A DNA stretch of 64,000 bases from Syncephalis fuscata S228 (taxonomy: Eukaryota; Fungi; Zoopagomycota): NCBI GenBank assembly GCA_025786725.1, contig JAHLTZ010000064.1:4706-68705 (forward strand), written 5' to 3'. Positions 14,101-24,758 of this stretch are shown here, in pieces. Every line of letters starts with the position of its first letter. Within the stretch, counting starts at the first letter, position 1. The notes below the pieces were generated by a model, which saw only the letters and a program-made list of their open reading frames with translations, was not told the origin of the DNA and made no database searches. Position numbers and translations under genes: made by a program.

Positions 14101-14370
14101 ACTTATTTTATAGATAGTTTCAGGTGGTTAGGATTAGCCGCCACTTAAATGATGCAGGTGCACAACATGTGGCATGATAGGCCTGGATGTAATGCATTTG
14201 TGAATTCAGAGCAATCATTCCCCTGTAACAATGGGCATAGTATCAAATGAAATGCACGCATGTACCAATCAGTACACTATAATTTAAAAATTACAACTGA
14301 TTCATGTATAGCAGTAAAAATCTGTATAAAATATTAGTTTGATGTATTAAACTTGTTTTTGCATCAATGT

Positions 14371-14883
14371 TATGCACTATTTTGTATGCATGCGGATATG
14401 GAGGATTGAGTTATTTAACGGAAGTAACAGCAAAGATGTCTTTGTCGTTTTCACAAAACAACAATATACTTGTTTTTATCAAGTAGTTAAATCGTGTAAC
14501 AAAAAATACAGGCTGATGTTTCTACCTTTATCGCATATGTACAGAATTATTACCATTGCTGTGTTATTTGCCTAAATGGTTGGCAGGCTGAAGTAAAGAC
14601 CGGGCAGGTTATGCACTATGCGCATGCACGCAGATATTGAAGATCGAGTCATTTAACGGAGATGACAGCAAAGACGTCTTTGTCGTTTTCACAAAACTAA
14701 ACAATATACTTGTTTTTACCAAGTAGTTAAATCGTGTAACAAAAAATACAGGCTGATATTCTATCTCTATTGCATATGTACTGGATTATTACCATTACTG
14801 TGGCATTCGTGCAAATGCCAAGAAATTGAAGTAATGACTAGACAGGTTAAAATCAAGTCTGGGCAGGTTGAAATCAAGTCTGG
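14371..14883 (+). repeat. Tandem duplication of ~239 bp (2 copies) plus a short ~21-bp duplication, upstream of the micro-exon gene
   Basis: Units start tatgcactat at 14371 and 14610 and share gtctttgtcgttttcacaaaac and aagtagttaaatcgtgtaacaaaaaatacaggctgat. caggtt-aaatcaagtctgg occurs twice near 14843-14883. Confidence 0.9.
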
Positions 14884-15022
14884 AAAGCATGATGTCACGC
14901 CATGAATCTATTAGTACATGCGCACCTCAAACCATCACCTGGATTGTTTTATTGGTTCATATTACACATCAATGATATATCTCATATACTACAGTATACT
15001 AGTATCTTAGCGTAACCATAAG

Positions 15023-15028
15023 TATAAA
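15023..15028 (+). promoter_or_regulatory. Putative TATA box of the micro-exon gene
   Basis: TATAAA 145 nt upstream of ATG 15168, followed by a C/T-rich leader and CACCATG start context. Confidence 0.55.
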
Positions 15029-15167
15029 TAGCCGACAAAATATACACAATCAACTGCGGTATCCTCATCACACTCTACTTTCTGCTAAACACGCACTACT
15101 CTCCACTCTATACCAACCACACTCTACTATCTCTTTTATTTGTTTGTCTCAACAAATCAATATCACC

Positions 15168-18100
15168 ATGAAGTTTTCCATTGCCGTCGTTTGCACCGTC
15201 GTTGTGGCTTTGATAGCCGCTACAGCCATGGTGGATGCTAACCCAGCTTTAGTTCGCCGTGGTATGTTGCAATGACAATAAATATAGCATAGAATTTTGT
15301 TTACTAACAGTATTTTAAACAATTATTATAATAGCTAGTAAGTGATATCATATATCAATTACTTACACGCTAATCATATGCTATTTATTGTGTGTATCAA
15401 TAACTTAATGCTAATAGATTGTAAGCAACATTGTGTATTAACTGAATATGCATTAATTATGTGTCGTACTGTATCCATCAACAACTTAATATTAGCTAAA
15501 TGTAAGTTGTATTATATATTAATTAATTACTTACTAATTATATGTCATGCACCATGTGTATCAACAACTTAATATTAATAGGCAGTAAGTAGCATTGTAT
15601 ATTACCGGCTTATACATTAATTATATATTATGCATTGTGTATATCAATAACTTTATATAAAAGCTGGTAAGTTTTATTATGCATTAGCTGATTATGCGCT
15701 AATTATATACTATACATTGTGTATATTAACAAATTAATATTAGATGCGTGTAAGTTATATTGTATATTAATTGAGCATTGATTAATTACATGTTATATAC
15801 CATGTGTATCAACAACTTAATATTAATAGGCAGTAAGTTACATTATGTCAACTGACATGCACTAATCACATGCCATTCACTATGTGTACAAACAATCCAA
15901 CACTAATAGAAGGTGAGTTATATTGTGTATTAACTGACTATACATAAGTATAATATTTACTGATTATATTAATTATTTATTATTAATAGCTGGTAAGTGA
16001 TGTTGTATATTAATTGAATATGCACTAACTATGCTATTTACTGATTATACTGATTATTGAATATTAATAGCCTGTAAGTGATATTGTATATTAGTCGACT
16101 AAGCACTAACCACATACTGTTTACTATATGTATCTATAACTTAATATTAATAGGCAGTAAGTTATATTGTGTATTAACTGACTATACATAAGTATAATAT
16201 TTACTGATTATATTAATTATTTAATATTAATAGAGAGTAAGTGATATTGTATATTAACTGAATACACACTAACTATGCTATTTATTAATTATATCAATTG
16301 TTTAATATTAATAGCTCGTAAGCGATATTGTATATTAATCAAATATGCACTAACTACGTGCCATTCACTATGTGTACAAACAACCCAACACTAATAGAAG
16401 GTGAGTTATATTGCCTATTATTTGACTATATATCAACTACTATTTACTAATTATATTAATTGTTTAATACTAATAGGCGGTAAGTGGTAGTGTCTATTAA
16501 CTGATTATATATTGACTGCTATTTACTGATGGTACCTATTATTTAATACTAATAGCCTGTAAGTTGTATTGTATATTAGTCAACTATACATTAACTATGT
16601 TATTTACTGGTTGCACTGATTATTTAATATTAATAGCTGGTAAGTGATATTGTGTATTAGCTGACCATACATAGTTATAATATTTACTAATTATATCAAT
16701 TATTTAATATTAATAGCTCGTAAGTGATATTGTATATTAACTGAATGTACATTAATTATGCTATTTACTGATAATACATATTATTTAATATCAATAGCTG
16801 GTAAGTTGTATTGTATATTAGTCAGCTATACATTAACTATGATATTTATTGATGGCATTGATTATTTAATACTAATAGCTGGTAAGTGATATGGTGTATT
16901 AACTGACTATAAATTAACTATGTTATTTACTGATTTTATTGTTTATTTACTATTAATAGATAGTAAGTGATATCGCATATTGGCTATACTATTTGCTGAT
17001 TGTACCATTTATTTAATGTTAATAGAGAGTAAGTGATGTTGTATATTAACTGACTATGCACTAATTACGTTCCATTCACTATGTATATACACAACCCAAC
17101 ACTAATAGGAGGTGAGTTATATTGTGTATTGCCTGATTATACATTGACTACTATTTACTAATTGTACCAATTGTTTAATAATAATAGCTGGTAAGTGATA
17201 TTGTACATTAACTATACTATTTGCTGATTGTACAAATTATTTAATACTAATAGAATGTAAGTTATGTTGTGTGTCAATTGACTATGCACTAATTACATAC
17301 CATGTACTGTATGCATCAACGACTTAATATTATAGGGAGTAAGTTATATTGTATATTAACTAGCTATTTACTAATCACATATCATGTACTGTGTGCATCA
17401 ACAACTCAATACCATAGTCAGTAAGTAATATTATATATTAATTGGCTATACACTAATTATGTGCTATTTACTGATTTTACTAATTGTTTAATATTAATAG
17501 AGAGTAAGCGGTATTGTATATTAGCTAACTATACACTAATTATATCCATGCACTGTATGCATCAACAACCTTATTAATAGATTGTATGTGAATTTTTGTA
17601 TTAATCGACTATATACTAATCACATGCTATTTATTAATTATACGATTTATTTAATATTATTAGGCAGTAAGTTATATTATATGCCAACTGAATACACTAA
17701 TCACATAATGTTTACTGATTATTTAATACTATAGTCAGTAAGTTGTATTGTATACTAGCTGACTATACATTAACTATGATATTTACTGGTTATATTAATT
17801 ATTTAATATTAATAGGCGGTAAGTGATATTGTAGATTAATTAACTATACATTAATTATGCTATTTACTATGTATACCAACATCTTAATATTAATAGGCGG
17901 TAAGTGATATTGTATGTCAACTAACATGCACTAATCACATGATATTTATTGTGTATGCATTAACAACCTTATTAATAGTTTGTATGTAAAGTTTTTGTAT
18001 TAATCAACTATGTACTAATCACATGATATGTACTGTGCACATTAACAACTTAATATTAATAGGCAGTAAGTAGTATTATGGATTAGATGTCTAATAACTA

Positions 18101-18301
18101 ATTATGTATCATTTATTGTGTACCAACGCCTTAATATTAATAGAATGTAAGTTATATTGTATATTAACTGAATATGCACTAATTACATGTTATGCACCAT
18201 GTATATCAACAACTTAATACTAATAGGCTGTAAGTAGTATTATATATTGATGGCTCATACATTAAGCATAACATATAATATTTTTATTTGTAAATACAGA
18301 A
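15168..18301 (+). CDS. Micro-exon gene: 70-aa secreted prepropeptide, 39 exons and 38 phase-1 introns; mature 39-aa 6-Cys peptide
   Basis: Exon 1 15168-15261. Micro-exons (start:seq): 15335 cta, 15418 att, 15496 ctaaat, 15582 gca, 15664 ctg, 15744 atgcgt, 15830 gca, 15910 aag, 15990 ctg, 16071 cct, 16154 gca, 16234 aga, 16315 ctc, 16398 aag, 16477 gcg, 16556 cct, 16637 ctg, 16717 ctc, 16798 ctg, 16879 ctg, 16960 ata, 17026 aga, 17109 gag, 17188 ctg, 17254 aat, 17336 gga, 17418 tca, 17501 aga, 17581 att, 17664 gca, 17735 tca, 17816 gcg, 17897 gcg, 17979 ttt, 18063 gca, 18144 aat, 18227 gct. Last exon from 18300 (T|AA stop). Each micro-exon is preceded by AG and followed by GTAAGY, GTGAGT or GTATGT. 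Confidence 0.9.
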
Positions 18302-18535
18302 TAATCGATGGTTTCAAGACATCAGCATTGGTAGTGCAATCAAACCACTATTCCAATACACTTTAGGTATATATTCGGCGAAAAACAAGACCATTTGACA
18401 ACTACGCCGTCCAGTCTATTTATATATCAATTATTGGCCAATGCTCCGGTTTATCCAGTCTTTAATCAATGGAATCACTATTTTATCAACAGGCTTGCAT
18501 CTAGTTGTTCCTATTCAACCGTGCAAGCTTATAGT

Positions 18536-18541
18536 AATAAA
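18536..18541 (+). terminator. Possible polyadenylation signal of the micro-exon gene
   Basis: AATAAA ~235 nt after the stop, at the end of a less AT-rich 3'UTR-like stretch. Confidence 0.35.
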
Positions 18542-19381
18542 CTTATGGTTTCATCTTAACTATATACAATCAAATTGCTACATTTATAATCATGTTCTAT
18601 TTTTATTTAATGATTAACTAGTAATTAAATAGTTAAAGTAACAAAAGACATACAATTATATTGTATTAGCCATAAGCATAGGATGGTATGAATATATTAA
18701 TTTTAAATGTGAATATTGTAGTTATATATATATTGGTAATAAAATTGCCTGTGTTTATTTGTAAATATTATGGATAGTAACAAAGCTATTACTATCATAT
18801 AATGAAATGATATTGTACTGGTATTGATATAAGGATAATTGTTGATTGCTAACAACTTAGCACTACATTGTAACGACTAGCAACTTAATGACCATTGCCT
18901 TGTTTACGCTTACTTCTATCACCTAAGCGCTAGTGGCTACTAATTAATTCCTTACATTGATATAACATGAATCTAATGCTATTATAAAATAGACAATAAA
19001 TAATTTTCCTGTTTAATTATCGATTACCACAGTTAAGCTTTTAACAACTAAATAGCACCTGTAATTAAAGCAGAGAAAAAAATATAACCAAAAATATAGA
19101 TACGTTTATTATAATTTTAATAAAGCTAGTATTTATAGTAGATACCACTATTGATAAAACTTGAGCCTTGTTCATATCGTTGCTCATATGTTAGTAAATA
19201 ACAATTATTTACTGGTTATGTCCTTGAATAGCTGTTTATTTATGATTGTTCGTACCAGTGTTTAGTATACTCTTATTGTGACTATTCACATGTTATTTTA
19301 ACATGTTGTTTGCTTCCATGGTGAATGCCATGGATCAATTGCATGGTAGACAATTATGTACTTTTAATACTGTAATTTAGT

Positions 19382-21304
19382 ACTGTAACAACATCCAGCC
19401 ATTTTTATTGTCTAATAAAGACAACTTTGCCTACAGTTGCCGATGCTGTTAATAACGACTAGCTAGCAGCAAACAATAATTTATACATTAACTACTTACA
19501 ATAGTGTACATATTTATTTGAGTATATAACAATTGATGTTAAAGTATCAGCCTTCACTCTATTCTATTTTACTAATTAGCAAAGCAAGTAATATACTAAA
19601 CAACAAACTGCACCGCTGTTGGCAGCTAGTTAGTTGTATTGATATATTGCAACCATTGCATATACCGTTTTATTGATGTATATTATTATAAGCACCGTGA
19701 TATTAAGTTGTTTTCATCTTGCTACTGTATCTACCTTGATTATAGTTGTTAAGCAACGGTCACTTTCTTATAATGTTTTAACATTTAGCGTCAGTCTAAA
19801 TATATTATTCATTTTATTGCAATAGCAATAAAACTAAGTTGTCGGCAACTGTAGACCAGTATTCAGCTACTTGACTTGTAGTACAGTATTAACATATTAC
19901 AATTAGCTACATTTAATATAAATACAGCTGCGTCATTCATATAAACAATAACATCGATGGTTTATTCGGTTATTTTATTTGTGCCAAGTACAATACATTA
20001 ATACTAAACAACTTGTTTGCAATTTAATACGATTGAGTTCATATGACTACTCTCGACAGCACTCTAACGGTTTAACTACGTATTTGTATGTATGAAATAA
20101 GATCGAATGATAAGCGATATTAGGCATCGAAATACTTGTTATTATAGATTTAGTATTTGTATTTATGTATCATTCATTCATTTATATCATTACTATTCTG
20201 TATTTATTATATTGTATATTGATTGATCATGTAATAAGCACAGCTTATTTACAGCTAGTATTTATTAGCACTGGTTCTATTTGCTATAGTTTCAACTCAT
20301 TGTACCTACTCAATTGTCTATGTATAGCTTCACTGCTATCTTATTCATTCATCCCGTTCTAGACTATTCTATACTCTACTCATCATGCCTAATTAGTAAA
20401 TTTTGTTTATTTGCTACTAGCTATATTGTCTGTAGGCTTTGGCTTGATTTACTCAGACATTACACACATGCACATGTTATGCTTTTGTTACTGATAGTTT
20501 CATAGGCTATAGAGCCTGTAATTGCTAACAACAATGGCCAAGTAGTATTATGTGTTTAAATATACTACAGTCTACAAATCCAAACGTGCTAGAATTTGTA
20601 CTAATTGCTACGTTGAAAATGCCAGTGTTCAGAAAGAAATACTGATGAACAAAACTACTTAAGCGGCAAAATAAAGCAAAAAACAGCAAATAGGTAGCAG
20701 AGCATGTAGCCAGCACAGCTATTATGCCAACAGCTGTACATGATGGCTGTGATAGTTATATGCTGCCAAAGTCATTGCATAGATCGCCACTGCAAATTGT
20801 GCTGACAACAACATGTATTGTCCCGACAGCAATAGATCGTACTACCATTGTTGAGATAGAAAAGCTATTTCCAATAGGCCTGCAATTACATTCAATAACA
20901 AAAACAAAGTATATATTCAACATAGCATCAAAGCAAGCCAGAAACGTACTTACTGTGTTAAAGAAGCCGCCAGTACAATAATCGAAATAAAGAAGTGATT
21001 AGCAAATAAGGCAAGATTACAAAGAGCAATACAAAAGAGTAATGTAAATAGTGTTTGTAGTTAGCTATTAGTCAGTCAACTACTGACACTATCTAACTGG
21101 TATATATGGAATGTACAAGCATATGCAATGGATATATGATGTCAAGTATGAAGAAAGAGAAAGGGAACTGTGATGACGTAATTGTATGTTATATTGTTAA
21201 CATGAATGAATTAAAACAATGATGTCATTTGACACTAAAACTATTCACTATCATAGAACGAGTTGTCAGCATAATAATCAGTATATTGAAAAGAGTTATA
21301 ACAT
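19382..21304 (+). repeat. Dispersed repeat B, copy 1 (~1.9 kb, near-identical to 42025-43950)
   Basis: Collinear from actgtaacaacatc/gacaactttgcctacagttgcc to gaacgagttgtcagcataataat..tataacat. Short ORFs 20165/42808 and 20724/43366 are duplicated. Confidence 0.95.
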
Positions 21305-21478
21305 AAAAAACACGCATTATTTTAGAACATGTTCAACAGTAAATAATGCTTATATTGAAAGAGCTAAACACAATAAAAATTACTTGATACCAAATCAATA
21401 GCCATAAGTATTAGTAGATTTCAATACGTTGTTGACGTATATTGATGACCTAAAAGCTATAAAAATAAAGTGTGCTAT

Positions 21479-21946
21479 TTATTGTATGAATATTAATAGT
21501 TTATGCGGTAGTAATATATCATCAGCGCTACTATCAGCACTGTCAATTTCGGTAGAAGTGCTGCTAGTCTTAGTATCAATGTTGCTAGTTTCAGCATTAG
21601 CGCTATTCGTTGCAGATTGAACTGTTTGCGTATCGACACATACGCCGGTTGTAGCGCTCGGTGCAATTTGGCATGTTAAAAAGTTCATACATTTGTTAAC
21701 GAAATTGTCGCATACAGCACCGGCTTGAACAACAGGAACAACACAGATGGCCGGGCTGTCATCGGTGAACCTTTGGCAGGCCAGGTCAATACGGCATCGA
21801 TAATATACTTCGTTGATCAGTCCACAGGGCTGTCTCTCTACTACATAGCGCGTTGAATTGCCAGGCACAACATGACCATCAACACTTTTTAGTCCGCCAA
21901 CCATAGCGAGACATGCTAGACTTGTTGAGATGCTACGGAATTGCAT
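21479..21946 (-). CDS. Small secreted Cys-rich protein with Ser/Thr/Asp-rich tail
   Basis: N-terminal signal-like segment. Eight Cys form two modules, C-x9-C-x5-C-x10-C and C-x6-C-x5-C-x10-C. GC content is higher than the flanks. Confidence 0.75.
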   Translation of the reverse strand: MQFRSISTSLACLAMVGGLKSVDGHVVPGNSTRYVVERQPCGLINEVYYRCRIDLACQRFTDDSPAICVVPVVQAGAVCDNFVNKCMNFLTCQIAPSATTGVCVDTQTVQSATNSANAETSNIDTKTSSTSTEIDSADSSADDILLPHKLLIFIQ

Positions 21947-22234
21947 TATGAAAGAGTAACAAAATCGCTTTTAAATGCTTGAGAATTGACGTTAGTAAGT
22001 AAAAAAAGGCTTGGCTCAAATGTCTTCAAATGCTTGCAGTGTGATGTTGTAGATTGTTTGTCAATACAAGGTGCAAGCGGTGTTTTATATAGATTACGAT
22101 CCAAGATAATTTGTGTCACAGGACACTGATAACAGAAAAACGACAATTACTGCCTTGACAACAATAGTAAGGCCAAAGGCTCAATAATGACATCATGTTT
22201 TGGTTAAAAATAACTATATTTGTTTGAAACATGA

Positions 22235-23710
22235 TTACAAAAAGGCGTAATATACCAAGTTTTCTACAAGTCCGCCTCGGATATATGGTTTAAAGAACCA
22301 TTGAGAGCTTGCAGCCATACATAACCATGTAATCAACCAGCCTAAAACAAAAGGCAGTGATCCGTTCGGCAAAAGGACTGCAGGTAGTAAGGCACGCGCT
22401 GCCGTCTCTAGCAGCGTATAGCCAATGACGAGCAAGCCATGAAAGCAAAAGAATCTCAGATGATCAAAATCGGATCGGCCAAATGCTACTGACAAAGTGT
22501 ACTCGTGGATAATAGCACTAAAACAAAAAACGCCGAATCCTGCAATAAATCTGTTCACGCGACGCAACGGACGAGGCAGTGCAGCAGTTGGTGTTGACGG
22601 CAATTTACCGGCGCCTATTGGCTTGGCTTGGCGGCCAAGGGTGCATGTTTTAAGGGCAACAGCGTCAAGTAAAGAGCAGATGGGCCGGTAAGCCGCCTCA
22701 GCAAGTGATGCTTGAACTGGCAGGTTCCAGCGGCGACCCCATAGGTCACGCGGAGACGACGTGAGCCACGGCCGACGGAATAGATCACGACGGATGGGCG
22801 CGCCCACCGCCCATTGTACCAGATCAAATACAATACCATACCACATGAGCATGCCGAGATAAAGTGCAAATGTAAGCGATAGAATAACGACAGTCCAGTG
22901 GACAAACGCTCTAAACGGGCTCATTTCGAAAAAGAAGGCTGCAGCTGTTGCATCAATGCTATAGAAAGTGAGAAAATCGACATTGCGTGATACAACAGCC
23001 AAGGGAAACTGTATAGCCAGTAGATAGGCCAGGGGAGGCAGTGGATAGCGAATCCAGAACGGTACAGTATGCCAACCAATTGACTTAAGCCAGGCGTCGT
23101 AGCTATTGGCGAGGTCGATTAAACGAGCCTGTACGGCATCAATAGCTACTGATGTGGCGGTGGATACATCATTAGGCTGTTTCTTCAATGCTACTGCCAA
23201 ATTTTCAGGTAGCGCTGACTCTTCAAGATACATGTGACGAATATAATGGTTGAATGAAGTCATGGGCAGTTCATTCGCCGTCACACTGGCCTTTGCTAAA
23301 TTAGAAGACAAAGCGTCATCGTCTTTCTTGTTAGTGAGTGCTACTGCCTGGCCATCGATCGTGACGAGTGGTCGAGTGGCAGCGGCTGTAAGTAGACCAA
23401 TACGAATGGCTGAAAATACACAGCCAAACGAGACACCCATATCAATAAGCGGATGTTCTGGATTGACGCCGCGCCATAAAGGCAGCAGAATCATCGACAC
23501 GACAATAATCCCGGTAAGATAGCGGACGTGTGCATAATGTAGTCTTGAAACATTACGCAGCAGTTGGTAGTGGGCAAACATATGGGCTCCGATCAGCGGT
23601 AAATACACACCAACCGGAAGGTGGATACCGAGATCTACACGAAAATAAGGCTCGGATGCATTGAGCAAATTCTCCATAGTAGCAGTGCTACAAGTAAATA
23701 AAACAGTCAT
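22235..23710 (-). CDS. MBOAT-family (wax synthase-like) membrane-bound O-acyltransferase, intronless
   Basis: 491-aa multi-TM ORF. LFRRPWLTSSPRDLWGRRWN and FCFSAIIHEY (catalytic His) are typical of the MBOAT_2/wax synthase group. Confidence 0.88.
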   Translation of the reverse strand: MTVLFTCSTATMENLLNASEPYFRVDLGIHLPVGVYLPLIGAHMFAHYQLLRNVSRLHYAHVRYLTGIIVVSMILLPLWRGVNPEHPLIDMGVSFGCVFSAIRIGLLTAAATRPLVTIDGQAVALTNKKDDDALSSNLAKASVTANELPMTSFNHYIRHMYLEESALPENLAVALKKQPNDVSTATSVAIDAVQARLIDLANSYDAWLKSIGWHTVPFWIRYPLPPLAYLLAIQFPLAVVSRNVDFLTFYSIDATAAAFFFEMSPFRAFVHWTVVILSLTFALYLGMLMWYGIVFDLVQWAVGAPIRRDLFRRPWLTSSPRDLWGRRWNLPVQASLAEAAYRPICSLLDAVALKTCTLGRQAKPIGAGKLPSTPTAALPRPLRRVNRFIAGFGVFCFSAIIHEYTLSVAFGRSDFDHLRFFCFHGLLVIGYTLLETAARALLPAVLLPNGSLPFVLGWLITWLCMAASSQWFFKPYIRGGLVENLVYYAFL

Positions 23711-23984
23711 AGGTTAGTCGATGTAAGAAATAAGAGACAAATAAACGAACGTTAGAACAATATACAAAAGATGTGCACTATAGTGCCGTTCATTACTCGT
23801 TGTCAACTGCTGTTCTATAGAGGCGTGGCATCTTTACACTTTAATCATGCATTAATACTTACTAAGAAAATACAAAATAATGTTAATAAAAAGCAAAAAA
23901 AATTCAGTTTAATACTATGGATGCTTGCAAGTGCAGGAATGGCCACTACATTAAGCTTTTATAAACCTAAGTGAACTAGTTTCA

Positions 23985-24697
23985 TTTATTACAGCTCAGA
24001 CTCGGTAAAGGAGAAATAGTTGTGCCAAATGTCGTAACTTGAATATTTTGCTTGATTGATTTTCTCATTACACATCCAATCGGCTGGTAAGGATCAACCA
24101 TCAGGCTAAATTATCCGTCATATTAATAATCATAGCTCATCACGACACACATATAAATAATGACGATTTAAATTGTCATCTTCAGCTTTATTAGCATATA
24201 AACGCTATTACTATTATACTCAGTAAATAACTAGTACATAAAGTGGCAGATTTTATTAACTAAATAAACATTATTTTACAACCAACCAACTGCTATTTGT
24301 TTTATCTGCCATTGAACATATTTTATTTTCCAATACAGTGATATCACACTCAAACACAGTGTTTTTACCGACACTAATATGAGTGAAAAAAATAGCGTGA
24401 GTAATCAGATATGACTAAACGCCGAATTTATTCCGTTAAAAATGCTTAATAAGGTAATTTGTGCACAGACAAAAAACAGAGCATTTTCTCAAAAGGAAAG
24501 GATCTAAGTTTGACACTGTGGATATTTGTAAAAGCAGGAACGACCATTATACTGAGCCTTTATACAAGTAAGCGAAATAGCATTATTTTATTATAGCTCA
24601 GACTTGGTAAAGAAGAAACAATTGTGTCAATTGTCGTAAGTTGAATATTCTGTCTGACTGATGTTCTCATCATATACCCACACATCGGTTTGGTAAA
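23985..24697 (+). repeat. Two degenerate ~105-bp direct repeats (23985-24090 and 24588-24697)
   Basis: ttatta-agctcagact-ggtaaag-agaaa-a-ttgtg-caa-tgtcgtaa-ttgaatatt is shared by both. Confidence 0.8.
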
Positions 24698-24758
24698 AAT
24701 CGATCAATTTACTAGCATTTGTTCTATTGAACATAATGCTAGGTGGTAAATGCTTTCA

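Noticed and set aside
15168-15275. Unspliced 35-aa ORF ending ..VRRGMLQ*
   Set aside because: It would leave only 4 residues after the dibasic site. GTATGT at 15262, TACTAAC at 15302 and AG at 15333-15334 define a clear intron.
15342-15572. 76-aa ORF from the ORF track inside the array
   Set aside because: It runs through AT-rich intron sequence and has no protein-like features.
15262-18299. CRISPR array or plain minisatellite interpretation of the ~80-bp periodic region
   Set aside because: The context is eukaryotic with no cas genes. The invariant parts are splice donor/acceptor signals, the 'spacers' are homologous to one another, and the 3-nt gaps concatenate into a sensible ORF.
20165-20981. 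Short ORFs in repeat B as a transposase
   Set aside because: No DDE, RT or helicase motifs, and the frames differ between copies.
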